From Ginglymostoma cirratum (Eukaryota), in the NCBI GenBank assembly GCA_024137785.1, contig JAHRHZ010000264.1, positions 16,705,946-16,769,945 on the forward strand: a stretch of DNA of 64,000 bases, given 5' to 3'. The notes under the pieces are model-generated. The model was not told the DNA's origin. It ran no database searches and was given only the letters and a program-made list of their open reading frames with translations. Both the position numbers and the translations under genes were made by a program. Every line of letters starts with the position of its first letter. Position 1 is the stretch's first letter. This document shows, in pieces, positions 11,675 through 25,054 of the stretch.

Positions 11675-14600
11675 AATGTAATTCAAACTATGTAAAATGC
11701 ACAGGGCCTCTGGGAGACATAATACGAATAGGTGACATACACATCCTGATCTTGAAACAATTGAAATATGTCCCCGGATAGATGTTATCTAGATTCTACT
11801 ATCATCGTATGTAAACCCTAATACAAAACCAAAATAAATACAGCCAAGACATGGGGATGAATGATAAGCATTTTCTAGCATGAAGCCAATACACAACAAA
11901 GCACCCGGAGCAGTCACACTGTGAAGTAGCTACTGCCATCTACAAGCACGGCCCCATTCTTCAAAATAATGTTCACATTTTCTGTGGCATAAACACCTTT
12001 TGCTCGCCATATGTATCCCCTATAATATATATCATGTGCACACTGCTCTATGTGATACAACATGGTTATTATCAAAAACTACAGCCATTCAAATTAAATC
12101 CGAACATGCTTAGATCCATGTCTGTGTCGACCATTCGCGGCCCTAATCATTTATTATTTAACACCAAAATAATCTTTCAAAAAGACTTGGCAGCTACACA
12201 GTGCATGTCCGTGTTTGACTCGGTTTAATCTTCTTTAAGATTCAAACCCAAACGGTGGGAAATGGATGTGATGTGCATATATTGGGGTGTTGGGGGGGAG
12301 GGGGTGCTGGGGAGAGGAGGACCACTATGTTAACTTCTATAAAATGCAGACAGATGGAAAACCGTGCGCCCCTTCGGCCGATAACTGATGCACACTTCCC
12401 AGCTTAGCAATTAATAAAATGTACTGATATTGGAAACATTTGGACTAACATTCATAGGACAGGTATTACACACAAAGGGATAGTCTGTCCGGTAGTTTGT
12501 TTTCTAAATATTCTGTAAGTAGCTTTCAAAGTTTCAAATATAGCATTACGCAAAATATAGTTGATTTAGCATAAGGAGCTTCCGAAGTCCATTATAAATG
12601 ATTCGGTCCAAATTTATCACGAATTTACAAATTTGTATTTTCGTTTAAAAAGGTTCCCCAGAAAACATGCCCCTAACTTGTACCACTACACGTGAAAGCA
12701 ACGATGAACATTTTGTTTTATATTAGAATCCTGCCTTATGTCAGTTCATAAAACTATAATAAACTTGAATTTCACTATAGTCAGCAGTCAATGTAATCCA
12801 GAATTCCAGTTAAATACACACGGTTGGTGAATCAACAAGTATAAGTTACATTTATGTAGCGACATTTCTTAGTAAGTCACAAAGCTCGTGGAAATGTTTT
12901 ACGTACTGGCGTTTCAGTAAAGTGAATAATGCAACAATGCAATAATCAGCGCAATAATGCAACGTCCAGCTCTTGATTTCACTGGAAGCCAATTCAAGCT
13001 ATGAAAAGTTGCGGATTCAAAAGAAAGTTTGTCTTAATATACACTTGCCATAAATGAACGTGTGGTGCTTGTGACACTTAATCTTTCAGTCTTAGAATAT
13101 ACTTCTGAAAATGCAGTACGTATATACGTGAGCTGACCCTAGTGAAAAGGCCAGTACTTCTCTACACGCTGACGTCAACAGAAAGCGAATATAAATGTTG
13201 CATGAGGCTTACTGCCAAGTCTGAGGTTGTTTTAAAATGGTCACCTGATAAGCAATCAGAAACTGCAGCAGTAAATTCAACACGAGTTTGCACCTTAAAA
13301 CAATATTTTTAAAATGCTGAATAAAACGTAATTTAAAGAGAACGATACATTAAGAAACACAAAGCAGGGTGTTCCGTGCTATCTCACCCTTAAGTGCAGA
13401 GTCATGCAAACACTGTTGCAGGAGCCCGGTCCTGCATAATTTTTACTCCACCAATAAGTAATACAGCAATTAGCAATGGTAAATGACCAAATCATTTCTA
13501 TTGTAGAGTACACTCGTGAAGTCAGATATTGGAGTGGTAACGAGTTAAATGGGAACAGTAGCGAAGATAAAACAACAGAAATTGTACCGTTTGGAAATGT
13601 GTGTGTTTCTAGAGAGTAAAGCTTTCATCTTCAACAGTTACTGACGCACAGCCAAGCGCTCTTGGGCACCTATACACGGCTCACCAAATCTTTAGAGGAT
13701 ACCATTCGATTCTGTGTTATTTTCACTTGGAGTTGTGTAGGACGCCTATTTCTTTTTTTAAGTAAGGCTTCTTCTAACGTAGAAGATTTGTTGTCATGCA
13801 CACAACAATGGAAATGTTCTTAGACTCAAGGAAAATATTTAGCCTTTCTTTGAACAAAGTCTAAAGCAGACAACTAGATCTCGCAGACGTATCACCGTCT
13901 AAGCAATAGGGAGAGGTCGTGCAAATGATGAACAGCCCGAAAAAAAAAGATAACTGAATTGTAGACGGCCGAATCTTGCCTCGTTACACATCGCTGGGTC
14001 TTTCAATAGTTTCGAACGCAAGGTGATCCTCGTCATTTTCCTCGCAAACATATTTCACGTATCATTTCTCCTCTTCAATTCTTCGTGTTATATCAGTGTT
14101 TTGATTTGATCATTTAATTCAGTAAGGGGTCACATGCTGAACAAATCTTTATCAATCCTTGAGCTTCCTTCAAGTCCACTGGTATAAAACAAGAACTCTT
14201 TGCCCGGTTTTCATCTTTAGAAGTGAGAAGAGTTGCCAGCCAGGCGATTGCTTCTCGTGTCGAAATTAAAGTGTTAAATTGGATTTTTCACAAAACTATC
14301 GCCATATTCTTACGGTGGGATATCAGAAAACACTTCAACGTGGACCTAAACTCATCCGTGAACGTTCTATATTTCTGCAATATTCAGGTCAACTGTTACA
14401 AACTTAATTGAAGGCGATTTAAAAAGGTTAGGATGAGTTAGGACTGAGGAAACAAAAAGGTACTTTTCGTCACTTTAAAAACTTTAGACTATATGACAAA
14501 ACAGAGGTCGAGGATTACTAGCAATATTGACACCAATGCCCATATAGTAAAGTTGCAAAACAACTAAACTATTGCTGAATTATTGGTTTGTTGTTCTAGT

Positions 14601-17600
14601 CGGATACTTTTCACTAGCAGTTGCATGCAAGTGCTCAGTAAGTTCCGGGGATTTCGCATGGGCTACAGACGTTTGTCAGCAATTCTCCCGCCTGGGCTTT
14701 TGCATCTCTTACGTTCAACAACAGAGGTCATTTCAAACATAATACTTATCCTGCGACGCACTCCCCCGCACATATAATTTCAACACCACTTATATTAAGT
14801 TTTTAACTTATATTTGTATATCGTGGCACATAATTTTGTTTTGAAACGGGATTAACTAAAACTTCTCTGAGAAGTGGCAGACATTACAGAATTCAAATTA
14901 GAGGCTGGAGTTTTGCTATTGCATTGACTGTAATATAAATGGTTAGTACTTTTACTTTTTTAAGGCATAACATTCTTAAATAAAACTGATTCTGTGCCTT
15001 CTCTTTTTCTCTCCCGTCTTCAAGACTTGTCTCTAAACTCCGTTCATTTCTTGCGCTGTGCGCTCTTTCCCCGCACGGCAGTGCTCCCTACCGCCCTCAG
15101 CGTGCAATAGCAGCGTCTTTCAAACTCCCCAAATTTGCATTGTGTGTTCCAGACTCCGCGACTTACAAAATTAACAGCAGCCGGAAAAAAATTATAAACT
15201 ATACGTTTTAAAATGTCATAATTGGGAATAGAAGACGGCTACCTTTATTGAGACTATATAGAGAGCTCTATACACTGACTTGGGCTCCCGAGCGTTCTTC
15301 CTGGCTGAAATGGAGTCCTTTATCTAAACCCGAGTGCACAAACATATAGGTTAATGTGACTACTGTTCTTTCCTTTTATTTGGTTCTCTATGGCAACGAA
15401 AATGCTGTGCGCAGAAATGCACCCCGTCAAGAAAACAAATGATCTTCGGGGAGCAGCTCTACATGGCATCTGTTCCAAAGGGGCACAGAGGGAAGTTAGG
15501 AAGGTAAGAGTGAAAATGTGTGAGAGAGGGAGACAGTGTGTTTGGGGAGGGGGGGGGTGGGGGGAAGTTGGATATTATGTGAAATAGAAAGGGCTCTTGA
15601 TGTGCTCGAAGGAGAAAGGATTACGTACGTGTTTGAAAGAAAAAATACAGAAGACAGCGTGCGAGATGTAACAGTGTAAAAAATACTCTTTTAAAAACTT
15701 GACTTTTGTTACTGATTTTTTTCGACCTGATGCCATTATATAATGAAATTGAGAGCACACGGGCTCAGATAAAGGCCGTTATTGCAGCAAATCTACATTA
15801 TCTGTACAAGATAAAGAATTTTTGTATAAAAATCAGTCGCGCTGTAAAAATGGACATAAGATGCCTGTATCAAAGTTGAAAACGGTGCAAAATTATGTCC
15901 TGTTATACCTTTTATTCAATGCACACGCACACGTGTCTCTGTGCGCGGTTACATACAAATGGCTGTGTGTATTTAAGTAAGCTTGACATTCACATTAATT
16001 CTATTCGTCACTACGTGAATCTTTTTTTTTCTGTATTCAATAATATGAAGTGCCTGGATTTAAAGATGGGAGCTGCGGAGGAGGACAAGACAGTATGAAA
16101 TGTCATATTTGGAAGATTTCTTTTACACTTGACCTTGACAATCGAAGTGCTTCCGGTGTGCACCGAATGTTATCTTTGTATTATCAATGGAAGGAAAGTT
16201 GCAGAAAATGTTTTAAACGTTGGGACATGGCGGCCTGTTATTTTATGCCTGAAGCTTGCACCATACACCCTCTCAGGAGAGCTCAGCCAAGTTCTCGTTA
16301 GTTCTGATTGATCGTGAAACTGTGGACCGACTCCCACGAACCACAGGGCTGGTTTTCAGTGTCTGTGCTATCGGTGCACGGTGTGCTGCAGTGTGCACCT
16401 TTATTTCTGTGAGATCATTTAAAACGTTTTCGCTCCTCTAATTCATGTTAGAATCTCCTACTAATTGTGACCTTGCCCGGTCTTCTCCACTGCGCATTTC
16501 CTCGACAGTAATGGTAAAGCGCCGAGCAGCAAATCGATTTAGCAAAATTTAGCACAAAAGAAAACGAGCCCACCGTCACCGATGCTCAAATACCCCAAAT
16601 CCTAACGATCCAACTGAACCTGTTAATAAAACCTTTTGAGATAGGATACGTGACTTACCAATGGCTTGTTCGCTGTTCAAACCATAAAGAGTGTTGAAAA
16701 GTTTGGTATATTTGGAATATTTGCTTTGCTTTTTACGTTCGTTCCGGGTTGTTCCCCGTCGATCCTCTCTAAGATGTACCCTTGTACTGGCACCACTGAG
16801 CCCGGCACTCACTATTATTTTCACTAAAATATATGAAAATTTATGCAAATGTAAATCAGTACAAATTGCTCTCTGATGTTTTACTTTTTTTCTTGGTTGG
16901 GAAACAAGCTACTGAAGATGTTTATTTTTTAAGACAAGATATAGTTTAGGTGTCTATCCGTCATAATAATTGGCTTTTAAGGGTTTTAATGGAGAGAAAT
17001 GTCGTTCTTTTCGGCGGCGCAATCACATTTCATCAATCCACCTGAAACGCCTTTAAATGCGTTCACTGTGAAATTCGTAGCAGTAATTTAGACAAAATCC
17101 TCACTGTATATTAATGAAAGAAGGCCCCATGGCACCGCTCCTATATTCCCCATTCAGTGTAAACAAAACCACGAGACTCGGTTTGAGAATGGTCCAAGGA
17201 AAATCTGCTGGAAAGGAAACATGCTGCTGCGGCTCTGGCACAGACTATTCAGCGTCTGCACCTGGAGATCAGAGATTCAAATGAGATCTGTGTTACATCT
17301 CTGAACTCTTCAGCAGTCGCGCGTAGGGAAGACATTCTTACGGTTGCGGGGGGTGGGGGGCGTCCATACAGGTTTAGGCTTCCAGATATAACAAGTCTGC
17401 TATCGCCAGGAAATGGGTACTGTATAAAAAAAATCGTGTGTCTACCGCCGTCCAATATTTGGTCCCCATCAATTTTTGAACCTCAGGACTCTGCGCTAGA
17501 CGGAGTTTATTTTTGCAATGAATCGCGAAGATGGAAACTGGCGCATTCGAAGTTTATGTTTCCAGTGCGAAACGAGTCGGTTGCATTTCTTACTCTCAAA

Positions 17601-17859
17601 CTTGCAAATTGAGGTCTAAGTTTATTTCAGTTTTTATTTCTGGCTCCCTCAGGAATGATCAACTCGTCCTTGTTTTGGGTTGCTACTTTTTTTGTGTGCG
17701 TGTGTGTGTGTGGTGTATCAAAAAAAATCCACGCAGTCTCTCGATTCACCCAAGCTGGGCTGTTTTGCAGCTTTTCTGCTTCAGTGCACCTCCTCGTCCC
17801 CCCGCCCCCATCCCCCAAAACACACCAAACCCAAAACCTTACAACAGCGACGTTCCCCT

Positions 17860-18050
17860 AATTAAAAAGCAGCCAATCGGAACCGCCGGAAGGAAGCGGC
17901 GCGGCCGAGTCTCTCGGTCGGAAGGTGTCAATCACACAGCGGGTAGCCAATCCGCGGGAGCCTCTGGCTGAACTTCCTCCTTTTTTTGCTGTGGTGTGCG
18001 GGGAGAGCGCGGCGAGGTAAACACTGGCTATGTGAGCGGGGAGCTGTCAA
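17860..18050 (+). promoter_or_regulatory. POU3F3 proximal promoter (CpG-rich, TATA-less)
   Basis: Two AGCCAATC (NF-Y) boxes at ~17871 and ~17945; CCGGAAGGAAG ETS-type site at ~17886; GC-rich tract directly upstream of an A-rich leader and the CDS. Confidence 0.65.
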
Positions 18051-18248
18051 AGAGCAGCTTTCCCAAGTCCCACCAGCATCCCATACATAACAACAAACTC
18101 TCAGCAACAACAACAACAACAAAACTGAGCAAAAAAAAACAAGAGGAACTTTAAACAAAAACAACTCACTTTATTTATATTTATCTCTGGCAATCAGACA
18201 ACAACTACAAAAAAAACAGACGGGAGAAAGAGAGAGAGGGAAAAAGCC

Positions 18249-19442
18249 ATGGCGACAGCGACGTCCAATCCCTACATGCCGAGCAATAGTATTCTGTCGT
18301 CCAACTCTATCGTGCACAGCGACTCAGGCGGCATGCAGCAGGCGACCACGTACCGCGATCCCTCGAAAATGGTGCAAAGCGACTTCATGCAGGGGGCCAT
18401 CGCCAGCAACGGCCACATGCTCAGCCATGCACACCAGTGGGTGACGGCGCTGCCGCACACCGATGCCGGCTCGCCTTGGTCCTCGGCCATGGCAGGCAGC
18501 CCCTTGGGTCAGCAGCAACAGCAACCGCCGCCACCGCCGCAGCAACAGCAGCAGCAGCAGCAGGACGTGAAGCCGTCGGTGCAGGTGGTGAGCCGGGACG
18601 AGCTGCACACGGGAGCCGCTCCCTTGCACCACCACCGCCCACCCCACCTGCCGCCTCACCAGCCGTCTCACGGCGGCCACCCGACCGCCTGGGGGGCGAC
18701 CACCACGGCTCACCTGTCGTCCATGGGCTCGGCCGTCCAGCCACTCATCTACTCGCAGCCCGGCTTCACCGTCAACGGCATGCTGAGCCAGGCGGGAGGG
18801 CAGAGCCTGCACCCGGGGCTGAGGGACACGCCGGAGCTGGTGGACCACGGGCAGCAGCACCACAGCCACGAGCACTCGGACGAGGACACGCCGACCTCGG
18901 ACGACCTGGAGCAATTCGCCAAGCAGTTCAAGCAGAGGCGGATCAAGCTGGGCTTCACCCAGGCCGACGTGGGCTTGGCGCTGGGCACCCTTTACGGCAA
19001 CGTCTTCTCCCAGACCACCATCTGCCGGTTCGAAGCGCTGCAGCTGAGCTTTAAAAACATGTGCAAGCTCAAGCCCTTGTTAAACAAGTGGCTGGAGGAG
19101 GCCGACTCGTCGACCGGCAGCCCGACCAGCATCGACAAGATCGCCGCTCAGGGCAGGAAGCGAAAGAAGCGCACTTCCATCGAGGTGAGCGTCAAGGGAG
19201 CGCTGGAGAGCCACTTCTTGAAATGCCCCAAGCCCTCGGCGCAGGAGATCGCCAGCCTGGCTGATAGCCTGCAGCTGGAGAAAGAGGTGGTCCGGGTTTG
19301 GTTCTGCAATCGGAGGCAGAAAGAGAAACGCATGACGCCGCCGGGAGGAGTGCAGCAGACGGACGATGTGTACTCACAGGTCGGCAATGTAAACGCCGAC
19401 ACACCGCCCTCTCATCACGGACTACAAACCGCCGTGCAGTGA
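18249..19442 (+). CDS. POU3F3: POU domain class 3 transcription factor 3 (Brn-1), intronless, 397 aa
   Basis: POU-specific domain ([30 protein letters not shown]..., ~18885-19109) and POU homeodomain ([10 protein letters not shown]...[12 protein letters not shown], ~19155-19334). The N-terminus ([36 protein letters not shown]) and C-terminus ([21 protein letters not shown]) fit POU3F3 rather than POU3F1/2/4. Strong Kozak context gccATGg. Confidence 0.96.
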   Translation: MATATSNPYMPSNSILSSNSIVHSDSGGMQQATTYRDPSKMVQSDFMQGAIASNGHMLSHAHQWVTALPHTDAGSPWSSAMAGSPLGQQQQQPPPPPQQQQQQQQDVKPSVQVVSRDELHTGAAPLHHHRPPHLPPHQPSHGGHPTAWGATTTAHLSSMGSAVQPLIYSQPGFTVNGMLSQAGGQSLHPGLRDTPELVDHGQQHHSHEHSDEDTPTSDDLEQFAKQFKQRRIKLGFTQADVGLALGTLYGNVFSQTTICRFEALQLSFKNMCKLKPLLNKWLEEADSSTGSPTSIDKIAAQGRKRKKRTSIEVSVKGALESHFLKCPKPSAQEIASLADSLQLEKEVVRVWFCNRRQKEKRMTPPGGVQQTDDVYSQVGNVNADTPPSHHGLQTAVQ

Positions 19443-20644
19443 AAGCAAAACGTAAAGCATAGGCTGTTTAGATCGGATTTTTTGTAAAAAAAAAATAAAA
19501 AAACATAAACAAGGACAAAACGAAATCAACAAGTCCAGGACTATCGCATTGATAGCAGGTTTTCTACTGTGATTGTGAGGCTGGCGATTGCATAGAATGA
19601 GTGCACCAAAACTGCAGATGTCTTTTCATAAAAAAAAACAAATATTTCTGAACCCCCCCTGGCTTGTGGTGATCGACGGGTGGACCCCAGATACTTCCAG
19701 ATAAGTGTGGCTACATTTAGTCTGCTGTTTCAGAAAGACTGGTTTATGAAATAATTTCAGATTTGGTCCAGCGAGCTCGGATCGGCCGTGGGCGCTGGAC
19801 GGTGCCTGGTGTACTTCCAGAGGCTGGCTTTTCTTGGCTATATCAGGTGCATAGACAACAACACTGAGATAGAAAACCGTTCATTCTGTAGGTTGAAATA
19901 CTGAAGACTGTCCCTTATGTAAAACACTGTAATCTGCAGGAGAAAGGGAGCTAATCCGTACTGACTATCGAATAAAAAAGACCGGTAAAAGGGGGTCTTA
20001 AAAACATGAAACTTCAGAGCAACATTAAACCTGCAAGGCAGGGGAAATTTCAAGAGAAAACAATTAAATGGGTTGATCCAAAAATAATGACAGATGGAAC
20101 TTTCTGCAGCGAGGTTTGTCGGAAAAGGCAAGACAAAAGAAAGACTAGGGGATTTGGGCGAGAAATTGTCCCAGATGTGGCTTTGATGATTGGTTCATTA
20201 TGTTGTCTTCGACCTCATTCTTCCCACCCGCCTTCCCCCCCAAAAAAAACTTAGCCCGAATGTTTTCTAATTTCATCTCCAGCCCATTGGAGTAGAAGCA
20301 TTTTTTATATAAAAAAAAAGAAAAAAAAATCTCCACCATCTGCAGCTGCACTTACTGAACTTATCCTCTTAAAAAAAACATTGCCAAGTTGAATGAATGG
20401 GTGCTGTGGATGCGACTGTATAAAACTGCCATTTCCAAGCAGTGTTCTTGGTAGGTTTCAATATAGACTTTTCAAAGACGCAATATAGAGTCAGTAGATC
20501 AGTTACTGATCTAAAAATATTTACTTTATATTTTCATCAGAATTGACTTCTTTTAATATTTTATTCAGAATACCTATGAACTGCTGCAAAACGGTAATTT
20601 ATTTTTCCCCAGATCTTGTATTAGATGTTTTCAAAACGAGCACA

Positions 20645-20805
20645 AATAAATGCGATGAAAAAATGGACAGTTGTTAGGTAATAAGGGTATCTTTTGATGT
20701 GATAATTTGATTGTAATTTAATTTGAGTAGTGATTCCGTAAAAGATAATTCAAGAAATAAATTTGTTAGAGTCAAACGATTTTGTGGTTCGTGTGTCTGG
20801 TGTAC
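20645..20805 (+). terminator. Probable POU3F3 polyadenylation region
   Basis: AATAAA at 20645-20650 and 20756-20761; the second is followed by a GU-rich element 'tttgtggttcgtgtgtctggtgt' (~20781-20803), implying a 3' UTR of about 1.3 kb. Confidence 0.55.
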
Positions 20806-23800
20806 AAAGACGGTGCTTCAACAAAATGCAAAGAAGTGTCAGTCTGTTAAAGACGTAGGTAGAGCATTTAATATGAACCTTAAATTAATTGCCATATAAT
20901 TGAATTACGCTTTAATATCTAATGTCGTCGTGCCCTTAATTCCGAAAGTAGTATATAGGTTAAAATTACATAATGAATTTTTAAATTAAATCATATTTTG
21001 TGTAATCTATGTATTATCAGAAATAGCTAAACTCCTAACGCTTAACTCCCGTGTTCAGTTTGGATGTTGGTCCTGTGTCTGCTTTCAATTTTTAAGGACT
21101 CTCCAAAATTTTAAGCCTTTGCTTCTGTCTGTTTGAATTTACACATTTTCTTTCAAATAATTAGCTTTCTTTATTTCTGAGAACATAAATTAACTTTATC
21201 AAAAGAAAATGCTGGCCATTAATCAGTCAGTTTGAAATTGAGTTTTAAAATGTTCCAACTGTTTGGGGGGAAGATAAAGGAAATTTGAACAAGTTCAGGC
21301 GCAGGTCACAGCTTCGTTGAATGGGTTGTGTTGATATAGTTTGAACTGGTTTACTCTGCATTTCTATAAATAAGACCCAGTGGAATAAGGCCGTCTGGAT
21401 GTATATTTTTTAATCAAAGATGTCTTGTCTAATAACTCCCTGTACAGTTTTGCTGGCAAACTGCGTTTCTTATTTAGGGAATATATTAAAATGGAGAAAA
21501 AGAAAAACAGATATCACAAATGAGTTTATTGGCATTTAACATTTCACTCACCAAGGGCGAGGATTGTAAGCCGCGTATTTGAGTTGCAGCAAGATTCACT
21601 GCTGTTCAGGGTATTTTTTCCACAAATATCTTTACACGATTTATTCCAGCAGCATCCCACTAAGAATGTGGCCATTGGAATCAAAACTGCATATTTTCAT
21701 TTTGTATTATTATTCAAGAGTACAGGGTGAATAAATGAGAAATCGGTTTTGAAGTATTCAAAAAGACCAGTACCTAATCCAGTTTATTGATATATTAGCG
21801 TTCCCCACAATTTGATGGTTTATTGTTGTTTACAAATGACTAGCTAACACTGAAGTGCGATATTATTGTTGTAAACCCACCCTGTTTGTATTTTCTGGTC
21901 CAGCATGTTTAATCTATTGCAGATATTTTCCACTGTCAAAACGAAGCTGGGTCTGGGGAGGCTGATACGGTGAGATGCGAGGCGCATAGAGATCTGCTCT
22001 TGTTTTAAAATATAAATAAACCACGAGAGGTGATAAGGCATGTTAGATTGTTGGCACATTCTGGGCGGATTTTTTAACAGCTCGGTATGTGACGTTGCTA
22101 AGTGTTATATTACAAATTGATCTTGGAAAATCTGATCATGTTGCCGTTATTGTTATTATTAATGTTGTTTTCCGCCGCTGCGTTGATTTTTTTCGGTTAA
22201 ACTGTATGTGCAGTGTGTATCAATAGGAAGCTGTGCGTCAGCGCAGCGTCGCATTGGTAATTCTTGATCCGAATACCAGAAATTGATAGGTGGAGGTATG
22301 TTGGCCAAGTGGGCGATTTCTCGGCAGCTGCGTTTACCAAGAACTGTGCCGATAAAGAAATACGGCGGCACTAATGCAAAATAGGGGCTGAGCGAGCATT
22401 AGAGTTGTTGGTAAGATAGAGAGCTGTAGCACATAAAACACGTGATTCCTGAAATTCTTATTCTTACATATAAAATGTGCTGTTGGGTAAACAGCGGTGA
22501 GGACTCAACAAACCAGCCGGCTGGATGTTGATTCCTGCATCTAGCACAGAGTGGAACCCAGAATGATTCACATTCGAATAATAAAAACAATGTAGTGAAG
22601 CCCAGTCTAGTGTTTAATTTTCTAAGTTAGAGGTTTTTGGTGGAATGAAGTCAGATAATAATCCTTGTTGCATTCGATACCAGGAGAGTCACTTGAGAGA
22701 ATTACATGATACAGGAAACATTATTCTGTTGTTTTTCATAACAGTTCAGTTTAATCTGGAGAAGTTGCTTGTAAGGCCTGGTTTGAACCAAATCCCTCAT
22801 TGTATTCTATTCCATTAAGTTCCACCGGAAAAATGGTTGAAATATGTGGGGGGAAAGGCAGATGAGAGTTAAAGTGTAATGAGATTATAAACAATATATC
22901 TTGAGCTGGTACATTTTGATTTGTTTAACTTCATTATTGCAGCCTGCATGCGGCTATTTAGTTCTCCCGTATCTCATATTTTTCGAACTTATATTTTAGT
23001 AACTCATTTCCTTAGAACCCACTTTCCTTTCTACTTATTAATTCTTATTTCCGCTGTCCAAAAGCCGCGTCAGTTTACAGTGAATTAAATTTGCTGGTCG
23101 GGAAATCCCTGCTGTGGGGATATCAAGCTGCATTAATTTCTGTCTCCTTTATCTATATCTTTCAGTGACACCTTTAACTACTGCCGGTTACCAGCGGTTC
23201 ATAGGTTCTCAGCTACCTCGCCCATGTTTTGTCTCTGATAGTGCAGAAGCTTAATTGTCATTCTTTACACTTGCAAAACTCTCATTTATATACAGGATGC
23301 ATTCGCGTAGTAAAGTGCTTATGCAAAACCTGGAGGAAACGTGACATACACATAAGTATGTGTTCTGTATTCATATGTGCATTTCAATCATACTTTTTAA
23401 ACTTATTACTAAGTCTATATCTGTTTAGTTCTTGTTCCATTCAACGAAACATTGTGATTATGAAAATTCTGTTTCAGTCTTTGCTGCCGCTTTCATCTGT
23501 TGAAATCCATTCGCTTTTAAGTACAATAGTCACAGACAGGGCAAGGATTTACTCAAAAGAGCACGAGGTGGCGAGGTAAATTTTAAAATAATTGGCGATT
23601 GTTTAGAACCAGGCGATCTTCCAAAACCCTTTCCCCATCAGTCTTTGAGTGGTGTTTGGCGTGATTAATCTTTCAAGTAAGCAGTAAGCAATAAAAGCAT
23701 TCTGAGGTCATCTGAACAACCCTTGGTTTATGTAGAAGTTGCGCTGCCAACTTAAATGTTAATTCATCAAAACTCGCTAACTGGTGCAACAGGTGTATTT

Positions 23801-24677
23801 TGCTCTGAACTTCTTCAGTTCCAGTTGTATTAATTGTACAAGGTTTCCATGTCATATCTGCGTTTCCGTTAAAAGAAAAACTTGCGTTGTTGTATTTTAA
23901 ACACATGTCTTGGACACGTTTTTTCTTCTAAGCTTTCTTTTTTTATTCGACTTGGATGGACTACAGACCAATATGCGATGCTGACGTCTGGCTGTAGATT
24001 GTATTGTTTTATAGATAGGACAGAAGCGGCGCCCAATACAAAGGTAGCTGGCGATTGGAAAGCTCAATACACTTTAATGTTTGGGGTTAGGATGATATAA
24101 GCAAAGCAGTTCCTAGTTGATTACTTTGCGTTAACAAGGTGTGCAATAACTTAACCTATGCAACAGTTTGACAGCATGTCACACGTCAGTGGCAGAATGC
24201 ATTGTGTAACCCTAATTTCTAAAAGCTTGACTAAGCGAAATTGACCGCTGCGTGCTCCCATAATCGATCTTAATTATTATCAACATACAAAATTCATCAT
24301 ATGTATCCTTAATACTGTGAAAAATTATCTTGCTTCATATCAGATGAAATGGATTGCATTTTATTTTAAAGTGCACTGCATTATAACGGTGAACACTGAA
24401 AATTGAATCCACGTGATGCAATGGCGCTTTTTGTCGGATTCTTTATCTGTTCCAACTCAAACTATGTTTGGGACGATGTTAAGTACAAAAATGGTCACAT
24501 TTAAGTCGCAGGTGTATATTTGGATATTCGTCAATCGAATCTGCATTTTAATTATGAGGCGTAGAGACCCATTTTGTTTCAAGTCAAAAGTGCTTCCATT
24601 CTGCGGAGAGTGCCCCTTTCCCATTGCAAAAAGGCTGGTAGTTTCAGCTGTCACAGTCTCCCACTGATTCACCCACA

Positions 24678-24715
24678 CCCTCCCCCCCCCCCCCCCCCCC
24701 CCACCCCCAACCCCC
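24678..24715. repeat. Poly-C tract (G-run on minus strand)
   Basis: About 21 consecutive C plus flanking C-runs. Confidence 0.9.
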
Positions 24716-25054
24716 ATAAAGGCAACATTGCAATTCACAGCTTTATACGTCCAAATTATTTCTGGAGGCAAACTCCGATACACAGGTAGAAAAACAAACG
24801 TTTCTCACAGAATGTTCGAGCCATGCCAGCTCAACACTGTTTGTATTCCTGCAGTAAGTGAGAAGGCCTTGATTTTGGTTGTCAGTCTCAACCGCTGATG
24901 ACGGATTGCAGGGGATTTTGTGAAAGTGCAGACTGCATCGAACGTAAGGCAGGCCCATTTTACAAGTTGTATTCCTGGTGTCGACCATTCACTAAAACGC
25001 AGCAGTCTATACGGGGGGAAAAATCACATTTCTCGGGTCGATTAGCCAACACCG

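Noticed and set aside
17531-17971. 146-aa ORF upstream of POU3F3
   Set aside because: Runs through simple repeats and the CCAAT promoter; no protein-like features
18272-19404. Several long overlapping or antisense ORFs (up to 205 aa) across POU3F3
   Set aside because: Expected shadow ORFs of a GC-rich CDS; low-complexity translations with no recognisable domain
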